From assembly GCA_965225945.1 (NCBI GenBank), contig CBDDBZ010000024.1:32001-96000 (forward strand): a DNA stretch of 64,000 bases, in the 5' to 3' direction. The position numbers and the translations under genes are program-made. The notes below the pieces were generated by a model, which saw only the letters and a program-made list of their open reading frames with translations, was not told the origin of the DNA and did no database searches. The stretch's first letter is position 1. The number at the start of each line of letters is the position of its first letter. Source of the DNA: Alphaproteobacteria bacterium. Lineage in GTDB: Bacteria; Pseudomonadota; Alphaproteobacteria; GCA-2731375. Shown one piece after another: positions 10,512 through 21,419 of the stretch.

Positions 10512-11291
10512 ATGGACGAGCTGAAAATCGCGCGAGAGGCGGGAGGGATCGCCGTCGTCACCATCGACCGGCCGGCCAAGCGCAACGCCGTGACGCTGGC
10601 CATGTGGCGCGGGTTGGCGGAGATCGCGCGCGAGCTCGAAGCCGACGCAGGGGTCCGGGTGGTGATCGTGACCGGCGCCGGCGGCCATTTCTCGGCTGGC
10701 GCCGACATCGCCGAGTTCGCCACGGTGCGCGACACGCCCGAACGCGGCGCCGTCTACGAGGAGGCGACGGCGGCGGCCGAGAATTCGCTCCACGGCCTGG
10801 CCAAGCCGACGATCGCGGCGGTCGACGGCGTCTGCGTCGGCGGCGGGCTCGGCCTCGCCATCTGCTGCGACTTCCGCGTCGCCGGGCCCGAGGCGCGCTT
10901 CGGCATTCCCGCCGCCCGCCTCGGCATCGTCTATGCGCTCGGCGAGACGCGGCGCCTGGTCGACGTCGTGGGCGCCGTCGGCGCCAAGCGGATCCTGTTC
11001 TCGGGCGAGATTTTCGACCGGGAGGCGGCCCAGGCGCTCGGCCTGGTCGACGAGGCGGCCGACGGCCCGGCGTTGCCGGCGGCCCGCGCTCTTGCCACCG
11101 CCATGGCCGCCAACGCGCCGCTCTCGCTCGCCGGCGCCAAGTTCGTGGTCAACGCCATCACCGCCGGCCGGGGCGAGGCGGAGCGGGCGCCGATCGACGC
11201 GCTCTGCCTGGAGGCGATCGCCAGCGAAGACTATGGCGAAGGCCGCGCCGCCTTCCTCGAGAAGCGCCGCCCGAGCTTCACCGGGGCTTGA
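10512..11291 (+). CDS. Enoyl-CoA hydratase/isomerase
   Basis: FSAGADI, KPTIAAVDGVCVGGG and AFLEKRRPSF motifs. Confidence 0.93.
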   Translation: MDELKIAREAGGIAVVTIDRPAKRNAVTLAMWRGLAEIARELEADAGVRVVIVTGAGGHFSAGADIAEFATVRDTPERGAVYEEATAAAENSLHGLAKPTIAAVDGVCVGGGLGLAICCDFRVAGPEARFGIPAARLGIVYALGETRRLVDVVGAVGAKRILFSGEIFDREAAQALGLVDEAADGPALPAARALATAMAANAPLSLAGAKFVVNAITAGRGEAERAPIDALCLEAIASEDYGEGRAAFLEKRRPSFTGA

Positions 11292-11300
11292 GAAGCGGCC

Positions 11301-12716
11301 ATGGCGGGCGACCACGCGCGGTTGCCGTCGCGCGGCGCGGGCCCCCTCCTCCACCCCGCGCTCGCCGGCCTCTGGCTCCGCCCCTGGTTCGACGCCTTCG
11401 CGCTCCGCTTCATCGCCGACTGGCAGATGCCGATGGCGCGCGCTCTCGCGACGGCGCTGGCCGTGGACGGCGAACCCGAGACGTTTCGCCGGCGGCTCGC
11501 TCTCGCGCGACGCCCGGGCCCGGTGACGCGCGCAAGCTTGGCCGCCGTCGCGGCCGGGGGGCGGGCTTACGCACGCGCGGCGGCGGACTGGGAGGCGACG
11601 CTGTTCGCCCCGAGCCCGCCCACGCCGGAGGCGGCGATCGCGGCCGAGGTCGCGCGGCGGAGCGCGGCGGAGCGGATGATGCTGTCGCAAACTCGCTTCC
11701 TGCCCCTCGTCGCGCGGGGCGCGGTGGCGCCGCTCGGCTGGGACGTCGCCAGCCAAGAGGAGATGCACGCGCGGCACGGCGCACGGCTGGAAGGTCTCGC
11801 CTTCCCCGCGCCGGCGCCGGGCGAGGTTCGCCGTTCCCATTCGTTGCTCGGGCCCGACGGCGCGCAGTATTGGCTGCGGATGCCCGCGCCCTCCCCCCTG
11901 CTGGACGACGAGGCCTGGGCCCATGTGTATGAGCCGGCCGGCGTCGAGAACCCGGCGACGCTCGTCTTCCTGCACGGCATCTGCATGGAGCTGGAGTTCT
12001 GGCCCGACCGCTTCGACCCGATCCCGAGGCTCGCCCGGCGCGGAATTCGTGTGCTTCGGGTCGAGGGGCCCTGGCACGGCCGGCGCCGCGCGGCGGGCCG
12101 TTTCGGCGGCGAGCCGATCCTGGCCCGGGGGCCGCTGGGTATGGTGGAACTGTTCGAGGCCTGGGCGAGCGAGGCGGCGCTCTGGATCGAGTGGGCCCGG
12201 CGCGCGGGCTCGGGGCCGGTGGCGCTGGCGGGCGTCAGTCTCGGCGCGCTGACCAGCCAGCTCGCAGCCACGGCCGCCCGCGACTGGCCGGCGGCGATGC
12301 GGCCCGACGCCTTGCTGCTCGTGGTCACCACCGGCGACCTCGGCGCCATCATCACCGAAAGCGACCTTCCCGCCCGCCTCGGCCTGCCCGCGCGGATCGC
12401 CGAGGAGGGCTGGACGGCCCAGACCATCCGGCCCTGGCTGGCGCTGGTCGAACCCGGGCCGGCACCGGCGCCGGCGCCCGGGAACATCGTGATGCTGCTG
12501 GGCGAGGTGGACCGGGTGGCCCCCTTCGCCGGCGGCCTGGCGCTGGCGGATCGCTGGCGGGTGCCGGCGGCGAACCGCTTCCTCCAGCGCCGGGGCCACT
12601 TCTCCGCCAGCCTCTCGATGGGCTTCGATCCCCGGCCGATCGAGCGGCTGCTGGAGATCCTGGCGCGCCGGGGCGCGCGCCTCACTGGGCCTGACGGCGG
12701 GTATCCCGTGGTTTGA
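11301..12716 (+). CDS. Alpha/beta hydrolase
   Basis: FLHG, GVSLG nucleophile elbow, and a C-terminal D and GH. Confidence 0.7.
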   Translation: MAGDHARLPSRGAGPLLHPALAGLWLRPWFDAFALRFIADWQMPMARALATALAVDGEPETFRRRLALARRPGPVTRASLAAVAAGGRAYARAAADWEATLFAPSPPTPEAAIAAEVARRSAAERMMLSQTRFLPLVARGAVAPLGWDVASQEEMHARHGARLEGLAFPAPAPGEVRRSHSLLGPDGAQYWLRMPAPSPLLDDEAWAHVYEPAGVENPATLVFLHGICMELEFWPDRFDPIPRLARRGIRVLRVEGPWHGRRRAAGRFGGEPILARGPLGMVELFEAWASEAALWIEWARRAGSGPVALAGVSLGALTSQLAATAARDWPAAMRPDALLLVVTTGDLGAIITESDLPARLGLPARIAEEGWTAQTIRPWLALVEPGPAPAPAPGNIVMLLGEVDRVAPFAGGLALADRWRVPAANRFLQRRGHFSASLSMGFDPRPIERLLEILARRGARLTGPDGGYPVV

Positions 12717-12846
12717 GGGCGATCCGCCGCCCTTCGCACGATGAGCGATAGCCGGCCAGCACCGGTCGTTCCTCAAAACCTCGTCGGCCGCTGAAATCCT
12801 GGCATTTCATCCCACCGCCGGCGAGTGTTGGCGGCCTGCGGACGAT

Positions 12847-12927
12847 CGTCGTGATCCCCGTCGCCTTCGAGCGCGAGATCGTCCCGAGCCGCGCAACGTT
12901 ATAGCGGGAAAACATCGCTCCGCGCCG
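12847..12927. repeat. ~80-bp intergenic repeat (second copy ~21202-21281)
   Basis: cgtcgtgatcc...gagatcgtcccgagccgcgcaacg...gcgggaaaacatcgctccgcgcc at both sites. Confidence 0.75.
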
Positions 12928-12982
12928 ACAAGTGGCAGTCCTGAAGCGGGAAAGACCACGGCCGCGGCTTCGGCCGACGTGC

Positions 12983-14089
12983 TCAGGCGGCCCGGGTCGC
13001 CTCCGCATGGCGCGAGAAGGCGGGCATCACTTCCTCTGCCAGCAGGGTGAGCGAGCGTCGGCAGAACGCCGGATCGTCCCACTCGTGCGCCATCACCGTG
13101 AGGACTCCGAAGGGACCCGTCTCGTCGCGTAACGCGACGAGTTTGTCGAGAACCGTGGCCGGCGAGCCCCACGCCACCATGGACTCGGCCACTTCGTGCC
13201 ACTCGACCGCGTCTGGGTCCGGATGCCCTTCCGGCGCGATGAACCTCGCCAGCCCCCGCGCGTGCAGCGACGAGAGCAAATAGCGGAACCAGAAGCCCAT
13301 GGCGCCGTCCGGATCGAGCAGATAGTCACGCGCCTCCTGGTCGCTCGGGGCGACCACGATGCTGCGCAAAACCCGCCAAATCTCGGGGTCGGGCCGCCGG
13401 CTCGCCAGCTCGCAGCCCTCGACGTAGCGCTCCCACTGGCTCCTCGTGTAGCGAGGCTGCAGGAAGCTCGACCCCGAGATCGGGATCCAGCCGCACTCGC
13501 CGGCCATCAGGGCGCTGCTCGAGCCCGGCGACAGGATCGAGACGGCGATCGGCGGATGGGGCTTCTGGTAGGGCTTCGGGAAGGCGCCGACGCCGAGCTC
13601 GATGCGGGAGACGTCCTCGAGCGTGACGTCCCAGTATTTGCCCTTGCGCCGATACGGGGGTTCGCCGTCCCAAATCGCGAGGATGTGTTCGATCGACTCA
13701 CGGACCATCGCCCCCCGGTCGGTGTCGCCTCCGACGTCGAAGAGCTCAACGTCCGAGGACAGGCTGCCGGTGCCAATTCCCATCAGGAATCGGCCACGAG
13801 AAAGGTGGTCGAACAACGCGGCCTGCCCCGCGACCTGCGCCGGGTGGTGCTGCGGCAGGCAGAATACGCCGGTGCCTAGCTTGATTCGCTTGGTCTGCTC
13901 GATGAGCGTGGCGAGAAATACGAGCGGGGCGGTGATCGGCTCGACGGTGGCGCTCACGTGCTCGCCGATCCAACACTCGTCGAAGCCGAGCGCATCGGCG
14001 AGCAAGACGGTCTGACGGTCCTCTTCGAGAACCTCGGTGAAGTTCCGTTGCGGATCATGCACGGGCTGCATGAACATTCCTAGGCGCAT
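12983..14089 (-). CDS. LLM-class flavin-dependent oxidoreductase
   Basis: GFDECWIGEH, IKLGTGV, DHLSRGR and PKPYQKPHPPI motifs. Confidence 0.92.
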   Translation of the reverse strand: MRLGMFMQPVHDPQRNFTEVLEEDRQTVLLADALGFDECWIGEHVSATVEPITAPLVFLATLIEQTKRIKLGTGVFCLPQHHPAQVAGQAALFDHLSRGRFLMGIGTGSLSSDVELFDVGGDTDRGAMVRESIEHILAIWDGEPPYRRKGKYWDVTLEDVSRIELGVGAFPKPYQKPHPPIAVSILSPGSSSALMAGECGWIPISGSSFLQPRYTRSQWERYVEGCELASRRPDPEIWRVLRSIVVAPSDQEARDYLLDPDGAMGFWFRYLLSSLHARGLARFIAPEGHPDPDAVEWHEVAESMVAWGSPATVLDKLVALRDETGPFGVLTVMAHEWDDPAFCRRSLTLLAEEVMPAFSRHAEATRAA

Positions 14090-14281
14090 CTTTGCATGCC
14101 TCCCTACCCTGTGGCTTGCCCGGCTGGACAGCTCACAGGTTAGTGGAACCGACCTCCCAACACCAGGGCGGCGATGCTCTGGCGCGCCCTCGGCGAGACC
14201 GGCTATGTCTACAATCGGAGCGCCGCCAATCTAGGCCGCGGAAAATAAGGCCGGCTGTGCCGGGCTCCTGGGAGAGATGCG

Positions 14282-15118
14282 ATGCAGATCGTCGATTCAC
14301 AAATCCACCTCTGGGCGAATGACAAAATGGCGCCGCCGCACCGGCAGGTTGCCACCTACTCGATGGACGACGCCCTGCGGGAGATGGCCGAGGCCGGGGT
14401 CGACGCGGCGGTGATCCATCCCCCCAGCGCGCTTGGCGAGGCGGTCAACGTGCTGGCGGTCGATGGGGCGCGCCAACACCCGGACAAGTTCTGCATCCTG
14501 GGGCATTTCGACCTGCGGAGCCCGACAGGGCTCGACGTGGTCAAAGGGTGGCGGCAACGGCCGGGCATGCTCGGCTTCCGGTTCACCTTCAACCAGCCAC
14601 ACCAGCAGAGCTGGTGGAGCGACGGCTCGCTCGATTGGTTCTGGGCGGCGTGCAAGCGCGAGGGGCTGCCGATCGGCCTGCTGGCCGGCGCACACCTAGC
14701 CGAGCTCGCCAATATCGCCGAGCGCCATCCGGGGCTGAAGCTGCATATCGACCACTGCGGCCGGGGCGGCGGGAGTTCGGGGGGGATCGATGATCCCGCC
14801 TTCGCCAATTTGGAAGAGATGCTGGCCCTGGCCAAATACCCCAATGTCGCGGTGAAGCTCTCCGGCGCGCCGAGCTATTCGAGCCAACCCTATCCCTATC
14901 GCAACATCCACTCGTATATCCGGCGGATCTTCGACGAGTTCGGCCCCGGGCGCTGTTTCTGGGGCACGGACATCACCCGCATGGCGTGCCCATACCGGCA
15001 ATGCGTGACGATGTTTACCGAAGAGCTGCCCTGGCTCCGGGGGCGCGACCGGGAGCTGGTAATGGGGGACGCGATCTGCGACTGGCTCGGCTGGAGGCGG
15101 CACGGCGGCGCCGGGTAG
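14282..15118 (+). CDS. Amidohydrolase_2 family protein
   Basis: IVDSQIHLW, IDHCG, VAVKLSG and CFWGTD motifs. Confidence 0.88.
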   Translation: MQIVDSQIHLWANDKMAPPHRQVATYSMDDALREMAEAGVDAAVIHPPSALGEAVNVLAVDGARQHPDKFCILGHFDLRSPTGLDVVKGWRQRPGMLGFRFTFNQPHQQSWWSDGSLDWFWAACKREGLPIGLLAGAHLAELANIAERHPGLKLHIDHCGRGGGSSGGIDDPAFANLEEMLALAKYPNVAVKLSGAPSYSSQPYPYRNIHSYIRRIFDEFGPGRCFWGTDITRMACPYRQCVTMFTEELPWLRGRDRELVMGDAICDWLGWRRHGGAG

Positions 15119-15131
15119 ACTTAGAGCATGA

Positions 15132-16457
15132 TCAGGCGGAAAAGTCGGCTGTGCTAACGAGCCATGTCGCGATCTGGGGAAAGGCGATGACCAATGCCAA
15201 AACGGCCAGCATGGCGATCACGAACGGCAGCGCGCCGATGTAGATGTCCAAGATCCCTCGACCGGGGTCGGCATTGGCGGCTCGCATTCTGACCCCTTGC
15301 AAGACGAACAGGTTCATGCCGACCGGGGGCGTGATCAGCGACAACTCGAGCAAGATGACCATGACGATGCCGAACCACACCAGATCGACGTCGAGCGCGA
15401 TCAGCATGGGGAGGATGATGGGGAGCGTGGTCACCATCATCGCGAAGCTTTCCATCATCATGCCGAGGATGACGTAGAGCACGCACAGGAACAGGATCAG
15501 CTCGAGCTGAGAAAGCCCGAGGCCGATGACCCAACGCGACAGCATGATCGGCAGTCCCAGCAGAGCCAGAGTGTTCTGCAGCAGGAAGGCGCCGATCAGG
15601 ATGAACATCACCATCCCGGTGCTGCTGGCGGTGGAGAGAAACGTGTCCCTCAGCATTCGTAGATTGACCTTCCGGTTCGCGAGCGCGAACAGGAAAGCCC
15701 CACAAACCCCGAACGCGGCGGCCTCGATGGCGGTGGCGATACCGAGATAGATCGTGCCCAGCACCAGGAAGATCAGCACGAACACCGGCAACAGCGCAAA
15801 CAGGCTGAGAAACCGGTCGCGCCAGGTGACGATTTCGACCGGCTGCGGGGCCATTTCGGGGCGAACCTTGGCGAACACGAAGATGACCCCCATGAAGCTC
15901 AACATCATGACCAGGCCCGGAATTACGCCGGCGATATAGAGCCGCCCGATGGAGGTTTCCGCGAGCAGGCCATAGACGATCAAGATGATGCTCGGCGGGA
16001 TCAGGATCCCCAGGGTTCCGCCCGCCGCGAGGGAACCGAGCGCCAGCCGAATGTTGTAGCCGTGTGCCCGCATCGAAGGCAGCGAGACCGCCCCGATCGT
16101 GGTCGCGGTGGCGACGCTGGAGCCGGAGATCGCGGCGAACAGGCCGCAGGCCCCGATGTTGGTGTGCAGCAGGCCTCCGGGCAACCGGTTCAACCATTTG
16201 GCCAAGGTCTGATACATCGCGTCGGTGACGCCGCTGCGGAGCAGGATGTCGCCCATGAGCAGAAACAAGGGCACGACGGCGATGGAAATGCTGCTGTTCA
16301 CGGCCCATGGGATATGCGCGTAGAAACCCCAGATCGGAGAGTCTATGAATACGCTACCTACCGTCATCGCGGTTATACCGAGCGCGACAGCGACGTAGAA
16401 GCCGAGGGCGAACGCGACGAGCAGGGTGAGTATGATGACGGTGAGGATGCCGAGCAC
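15132..16457 (-). CDS. dctM: TRAP transporter large permease
   Basis: AAISGSSVAT, GTLGILIPPS and LITPPVGMNLFV motifs. Confidence 0.93.
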   Translation of the reverse strand: MLGILTVIILTLLVAFALGFYVAVALGITAMTVGSVFIDSPIWGFYAHIPWAVNSSISIAVVPLFLLMGDILLRSGVTDAMYQTLAKWLNRLPGGLLHTNIGACGLFAAISGSSVATATTIGAVSLPSMRAHGYNIRLALGSLAAGGTLGILIPPSIILIVYGLLAETSIGRLYIAGVIPGLVMMLSFMGVIFVFAKVRPEMAPQPVEIVTWRDRFLSLFALLPVFVLIFLVLGTIYLGIATAIEAAAFGVCGAFLFALANRKVNLRMLRDTFLSTASSTGMVMFILIGAFLLQNTLALLGLPIMLSRWVIGLGLSQLELILFLCVLYVILGMMMESFAMMVTTLPIILPMLIALDVDLVWFGIVMVILLELSLITPPVGMNLFVLQGVRMRAANADPGRGILDIYIGALPFVIAMLAVLALVIAFPQIATWLVSTADFSA

Positions 16458-16460
16458 GGC

Positions 16461-17039
16461 TCAATCGTCCCTCTGCTGGGCCAAGGGATCGACCGGTCGC
16501 ATGACGGCGGCCCCGGCGACGAACCGGAACCCACCCGCGATGAGCATGACGATCGCTTGGGCCGTGAGCATCGTGAAACCGATAGCGGTCAGCGATTGCG
16601 CATATACGAGCGGCTGCGCGAGCATGGAATACGCGGTGGCGTCCAGGATGTAGGATTCGTAGGAGAGATGCCAAGTGTTGGCGGACAGCACCGCGGCCAG
16701 CACCACCGCCATCGCGATCGTCAAGAGGTTCAGGATCTCGCGCAAACGGGCCGGATAGAGCGGCATAATGACATCGATGCGAACATGGGCCCCCCGCGCG
16801 AGCGCGAAGGCCATGGCCCAGGTGCCGCCGAAGGCCAGGACTTGACCCGCGATCTCATCGCTGACCCCGGTGAAGGGCCCCCCGAGGCGGCGGCTCGCCG
16901 CATCTATCATCATGTAGAACGCCAGGGGCAAGAAGGCGGCGCCGGCCGCGACCGCCATCATCGTCGTGATGCGGCTTGTCACGTGCTCCACACGCTCGAC
17001 AATCACGGGGATGGCTCTATCCGAGCGTTCAACCTGCAT
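16461..17039 (-). CDS. dctQ: TRAP transporter small permease
   Basis: Four hydrophobic segments, HVRID motif, located between dctP and dctM. Confidence 0.88.
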   Translation of the reverse strand: MQVERSDRAIPVIVERVEHVTSRITTMMAVAAGAAFLPLAFYMMIDAASRRLGGPFTGVSDEIAGQVLAFGGTWAMAFALARGAHVRIDVIMPLYPARLREILNLLTIAMAVVLAAVLSANTWHLSYESYILDATAYSMLAQPLVYAQSLTAIGFTMLTAQAIVMLIAGGFRFVAGAAVMRPVDPLAQQRDD

Positions 17040-17200
17040 GCGAACGCACCTCCTCCTGAGACCGACGCGAGAGCGCTTAGGGCGCCACGGCCGGACGAGG
17101 AATCAGCTCAACGGGGTTATTGGCCGAGCGGGCCGGAAGCGACATGTGGCGTTGTCGCCATCCGGCTGCTCAACTGATGGATAACTGTCCCGCTAAAGCG

Positions 17201-18250
17201 CTACTCGACTTTGTGCCCGGTGATCGGCGCGACATGCTTTTTGAAGGCCTCCCGCCCTTCAGCGCCGACCCGATCGAACCACCAGGGCAGGATGACCTCG
17301 CTGGTGAGCTTCTCGAATGTCGGAGCCCACTCGGGCTTCGCCGGAATGGTCAGCGTCATGCCCTTCTCCTTGGCCAGCGCGACGCCGACCCGGTTGTTCT
17401 CAAAGCCGCCACCCCAAGCCACTTTCTTCATCTCGGGCACCGCGGCGAGGATCGCCTTGCGGGCCTTTTCGGACAACTTGTCCCAGCTCCTTTTGCTCAC
17501 CACGACGTAGCCGACCGCGCCGGCGGTTCCGATGGCCGTCATGTGCGGGGCAACCTCCCACATGCTCAATCCCTTGACCTGGTCCGGACCGGTGATCAGG
17601 CTATCGATCACGCCCCGCTGCAAGGCACTGTAAACCTCGTTCATCACGATGTTGAGCGGTTCTCCGCCGAGCGCCTTGACCCATTGCGCGAGGCCCGGCG
17701 AATAGACACGGACCTTGTGGCCCTTGATGTCCGCCAAGCTGTTCACCGGATACTTGCTGTACAGGAAGGAGGCATTCCAATAAAAGTTGGAAAGGACCTT
17801 GCCACCCATTATGTCCTCGCGCGGCGCCACGATGTTTTGCAGCCACGCCTCGGCCACCTCCTGCTGCTGTTCCGGGCTCGTCGTGACACCCGCGAGGTCG
17901 GTCGCTTCGATCAGCGGGAAGTCGCCGGCGACGTAGGACGAGGTGACATCCGCGATATCGATCAGGCCGGCCCTCATGATGCGCAACATTTCGGTTCCGC
18001 CGATACCGATCTCGCCATACGTCAGGGTCTCCAAGCTCACCTCGCCATCGGTGATCTCGGGAAGCCGCTTCTCCAACCACCGCCAGAGGTTGTAGTGCGC
18101 CCCGACGCGATGGGCGGCCACACCCCGCCACTTGACCTTGTCCTGCGCCGACGCCTCGGGAACGAGGGACAGACGATCGCCGCTCAACGGGGACAGGAAT
18201 ACCGCAAGCAACGTGACCGCGATGGCGATCATCCATTTTCTTCTATACAT
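17201..18250 (-). CDS. dctP: TRAP substrate-binding protein
   Basis: Signal peptide; DIKGHKVRV and EVYSALQRGVID motifs. Confidence 0.9.
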   Translation of the reverse strand: MYRRKWMIAIAVTLLAVFLSPLSGDRLSLVPEASAQDKVKWRGVAAHRVGAHYNLWRWLEKRLPEITDGEVSLETLTYGEIGIGGTEMLRIMRAGLIDIADVTSSYVAGDFPLIEATDLAGVTTSPEQQQEVAEAWLQNIVAPREDIMGGKVLSNFYWNASFLYSKYPVNSLADIKGHKVRVYSPGLAQWVKALGGEPLNIVMNEVYSALQRGVIDSLITGPDQVKGLSMWEVAPHMTAIGTAGAVGYVVVSKRSWDKLSEKARKAILAAVPEMKKVAWGGGFENNRVGVALAKEKGMTLTIPAKPEWAPTFEKLTSEVILPWWFDRVGAEGREAFKKHVAPITGHKVE

Positions 18251-18815
18251 GACGCTCCTCCAGGGGTTCGTTTCGATTTTCTCGCCACCCGAGCATTATG
18301 CGTGAAGGGTAGCCGCGAGGCAAAGCTAGCGCCTCCTATGATACCGCTGTCAAGTTGGCTGCTAGCATCGGGTATGCCTGCATGGTGGCGGTCTTCGTCT
18401 TCGCCAAGGACCCTGATGTTCGGCCTGCGGGAATTTCCGACCTGATCACGCCTCGCCTCGACGGCCCCGTACGCTCGAGCGCTGGCGGCTGGTCGTCACG
18501 GTCGATGTTGATCGCCTGGCCGATAATATTGCGGCCCGAGGGTGAGGCGGAGAAGCAAATGATCCAGTGAATTATGTGACCGCCGACGACTTCGCCGATC
18601 AGGTCGTGCCATTTGGCGAGCGCGACCTGGGCGGCATCGACAATCGTTTCCACCGCTCCCAAAATTTCGGCGCCACCCTCAGTTCGCCCATGGTCGGTAA
18701 AGACGAAAGCGCTTTGGGCGTGGCGCTCGTCGCCATGGCGAACACGGGCAAGAACATCCTCGCCCGGAGCACGCGACGACGTCGCGCGCGCATGGCCTCG
18801 ATCCTCCTCGAAGCG

Positions 18816-19829
18816 TCAATCCCAAACCCGCTCCCACCGCCTGGTCTCGGCCGAGCGGTGGATCGCCAGCGCCGCGCGCAGTTCGCCGAGCGAATATTCC
18901 GCGCTCGCCTCCAGCGGCTTGCCGTCGAGCACCGCCCGGGCGAAGTCCTCCAGCTCGGGCGCGAAGGATTTCGTGTAGCCTCGAGGCCCGCCCACCCGCA
19001 AGCCATCGGGACTCGCGCCCTCGAACAGCACGACGCCTCGGGTGCAGCCGTGGTCGATGACGATTTCGCCCTCGGTGCCGGTGATCCGCCACCAGGGGTC
19101 CGGCTCGTTGACGGAGGTGTGGCGAAGCGCGTGGAAGGTGGCGGTCGAGCCGGACTCGAAGGCCAAGATCACGTCCGCGAGCGATTCCCCCTCCATGGCG
19201 CCGAAGGGATGGCCGACGACGGCGACCACCTCCTCGATCTCGCCCATCCACATACGCAGCGGCCTCAGCCAGTGCGAACCGCCGTCGATCACGATGCCGC
19301 CGCCCATGCGCGCGCGCTCCTCGCGCCAGGGCTCCTTGGCGAGCGAGGGGAGCTTGGTCGGATCCAGCACGTAGTTGGCGCGCGCGGTGACGACCTCGCC
19401 GATGCGGCCCTCGCGGACGAGCTCTCGCGCGGTGACGATCTCGGGCCAGTACTGGGCGTTCTCGGCGACCATGAAGACGGTGCCGGCCGTCCGCGCCGCC
19501 GCCAGCATCCGTTCGCAGGCATCCAGCGTCGCGGCCATCGGCTTTTCCAGCAGCACGTGCTTGGCGGCCTCGAGCGCCTGGATCGTCAGCCCTTCGTGCA
19601 AGTCGTGGGGCAGCATGAGGTCGACGGCATCGAACGGTACGCCTTCGATCGCGTCGTCCAGCGAGGTGAAGGCGGCGGCCCCGGTCTCGGCCGCGACCGC
19701 CTGGGCGCGTTCCAGAACAGGATCGACCGTGGCCACGATACGGATGCGCGGGACCTCGCGAAGGGCGGCCAGGTGATGGGCGGCGATGCCACCGCAGCCG
19801 ACCAAGGCGAGCGTCAGTTGCGAAGCCAT
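18816..19829 (-). CDS. Gfo/Idh/MocA oxidoreductase
   Basis: VGCGGIA, HVLLEKPMA and GGGIVIDGGSH motifs. Confidence 0.92.
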   Translation of the reverse strand: MASQLTLALVGCGGIAAHHLAALREVPRIRIVATVDPVLERAQAVAAETGAAAFTSLDDAIEGVPFDAVDLMLPHDLHEGLTIQALEAAKHVLLEKPMAATLDACERMLAAARTAGTVFMVAENAQYWPEIVTARELVREGRIGEVVTARANYVLDPTKLPSLAKEPWREERARMGGGIVIDGGSHWLRPLRMWMGEIEEVVAVVGHPFGAMEGESLADVILAFESGSTATFHALRHTSVNEPDPWWRITGTEGEIVIDHGCTRGVVLFEGASPDGLRVGGPRGYTKSFAPELEDFARAVLDGKPLEASAEYSLGELRAALAIHRSAETRRWERVWD

Positions 19830-19925
19830 GTGCGTTTCTCCCTCTCCCCGCCTGCGATGCTAAATCATCCCACGGTCTTACAAAACGTCGCGGAGCCAAG
19901 GGACGGCGCGGCGCGCCCGACCGAT

Positions 19926-20960
19926 CTACGCCGACAACTCGAGCATCACCTTCATCGCGTCGTCGGCCTTGGTGTCGGCCAGCTCGAAGCCGCGCCGGAT
20001 ATCGCCCAGCGGCAGGACGTGGCTGACCATGGCGTCGGCCCGGACCTTCCTCGAGGCGATCAGGTCCAGGGCGGTTTCATAGTTGCCCGTGCTGTATCCG
20101 GAGGTGCCGATCAACGAGATCTCGGGATTGCTGACCGCGTTGGAATCGAAGCTCAGCGGTCCATCGAAGATCGCCACGAGGATGATGCGGCCCTGCCGGT
20201 TCACGGCCCGGAGCGCCTCCTCCATCAAGGCGGGCACGCCGACCGTCATGAAGACCACATCCACGCCCTCGCCGTCGCACAAGGCCTTGATCTCGTCGAC
20301 AATCGAGCGGCCATCGGCGAGCACGCCGTGGGTCGCGCCCAAGTGGCGAGTGGCGGTATCTAGGCAGTGCGGCTGGCGATCCACGCAGATGATCTGTGCC
20401 GCCTCCGCCCGGCTGGCGGCCGCCGCGACGGCCATTCCGATCGGTCCCGTGCCGATGATCGCCACGTTCTCGCCGGCTCGGACACCGGCGCGCTCGACGG
20501 ATCGCACGCCGACCGCCAAGGTCTCGATCAGCGCGCCTTCGACGTAGGAGAGGTGGTCCGGAAGGTGGTATGCGCCCCGGGCGGGCGCGGTGACGATCTC
20601 GCCGAAGCCGCCCGGCCAGTCGGGCGTGCCCATCACCGTTCTGGCGGGGCAGATCTGAGATTCGCCCGCGCGGCACCAGCGGCAATCGCCACAGGTCCGA
20701 TACGGCAGGAGGGCGACGCGGTCCCCCGGCGCGAAGCCGGTGACGTCGGCGCCCACCTCGACCACCCGGCCGGCGAGCTCGTGCCCCATGATCGACGGCG
20801 GCTTGCGAAACGGGTGCGTCCCCTTGAAGGCGTGCACTTCCGAGCCGCATATCCCGGTGGCACCCACCTCGATCAGAAGATCGTCCGCCTTGTCGAGGCG
20901 GGGCGCCGCCGTCTCGATGATCCTCAGTTTTCCGATCGCTTCGAGCAGGGCCGCCTTCAT
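19926..20960 (-). CDS. Zn-dependent (MDR) alcohol/polyol dehydrogenase
   Basis: GICGSE, GHE, CGDCRWC...C and GTGPIG motifs. Confidence 0.92.
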   Translation of the reverse strand: MKAALLEAIGKLRIIETAAPRLDKADDLLIEVGATGICGSEVHAFKGTHPFRKPPSIMGHELAGRVVEVGADVTGFAPGDRVALLPYRTCGDCRWCRAGESQICPARTVMGTPDWPGGFGEIVTAPARGAYHLPDHLSYVEGALIETLAVGVRSVERAGVRAGENVAIIGTGPIGMAVAAAASRAEAAQIICVDRQPHCLDTATRHLGATHGVLADGRSIVDEIKALCDGEGVDVVFMTVGVPALMEEALRAVNRQGRIILVAIFDGPLSFDSNAVSNPEISLIGTSGYSTGNYETALDLIASRKVRADAMVSHVLPLGDIRRGFELADTKADDAMKVMLELSA

Positions 20961-21419
20961 CGTCTTCGTCCTCGCCGAATTGCCGGCGTTTGGGGGTCCG
21001 TCATCCCTCTGGCGCGCCCGCGGGCATTCAACTCGAGCCAGCTTGGCGGCGCTCCAACGGCTTGCTTTTCGAGCCGTCACCGTTGGGGTTGGAGCACCGC
21101 TTCGACGCCGGCAATCGCCGTACGATGCATGACCCGCCGCCGGGATGCCGGATCATAGGGCATGACCAGATGCATGGTCCAGGTGTTGTCCCCCATCGGA
21201 ACGTCGTGATCCTCGTTGCCTTCGAGTGCGAGATCGTCCCGAGCCGCGCAACGCAATTGCGGGAAAACATCGCTCCGCGCCACGAAGCGGCAGTCGGCGA
21301 TGGGGAGGAGCCATCCGGAGAATCCCGGATTAGGCCGGCGCGACCTTGTCAGCGCGCGGCGCTTTGCTAGTCTCCGCCCGCAAGCCGCCTTTTTTGGCAT
21401 CCGAATTCGGGAGGGAACC

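Noticed and set aside
18336-18800. Possible ORFs between dctP and the Gfo/Idh/MocA gene
   Set aside because: No recognisable motifs or consistent frame.
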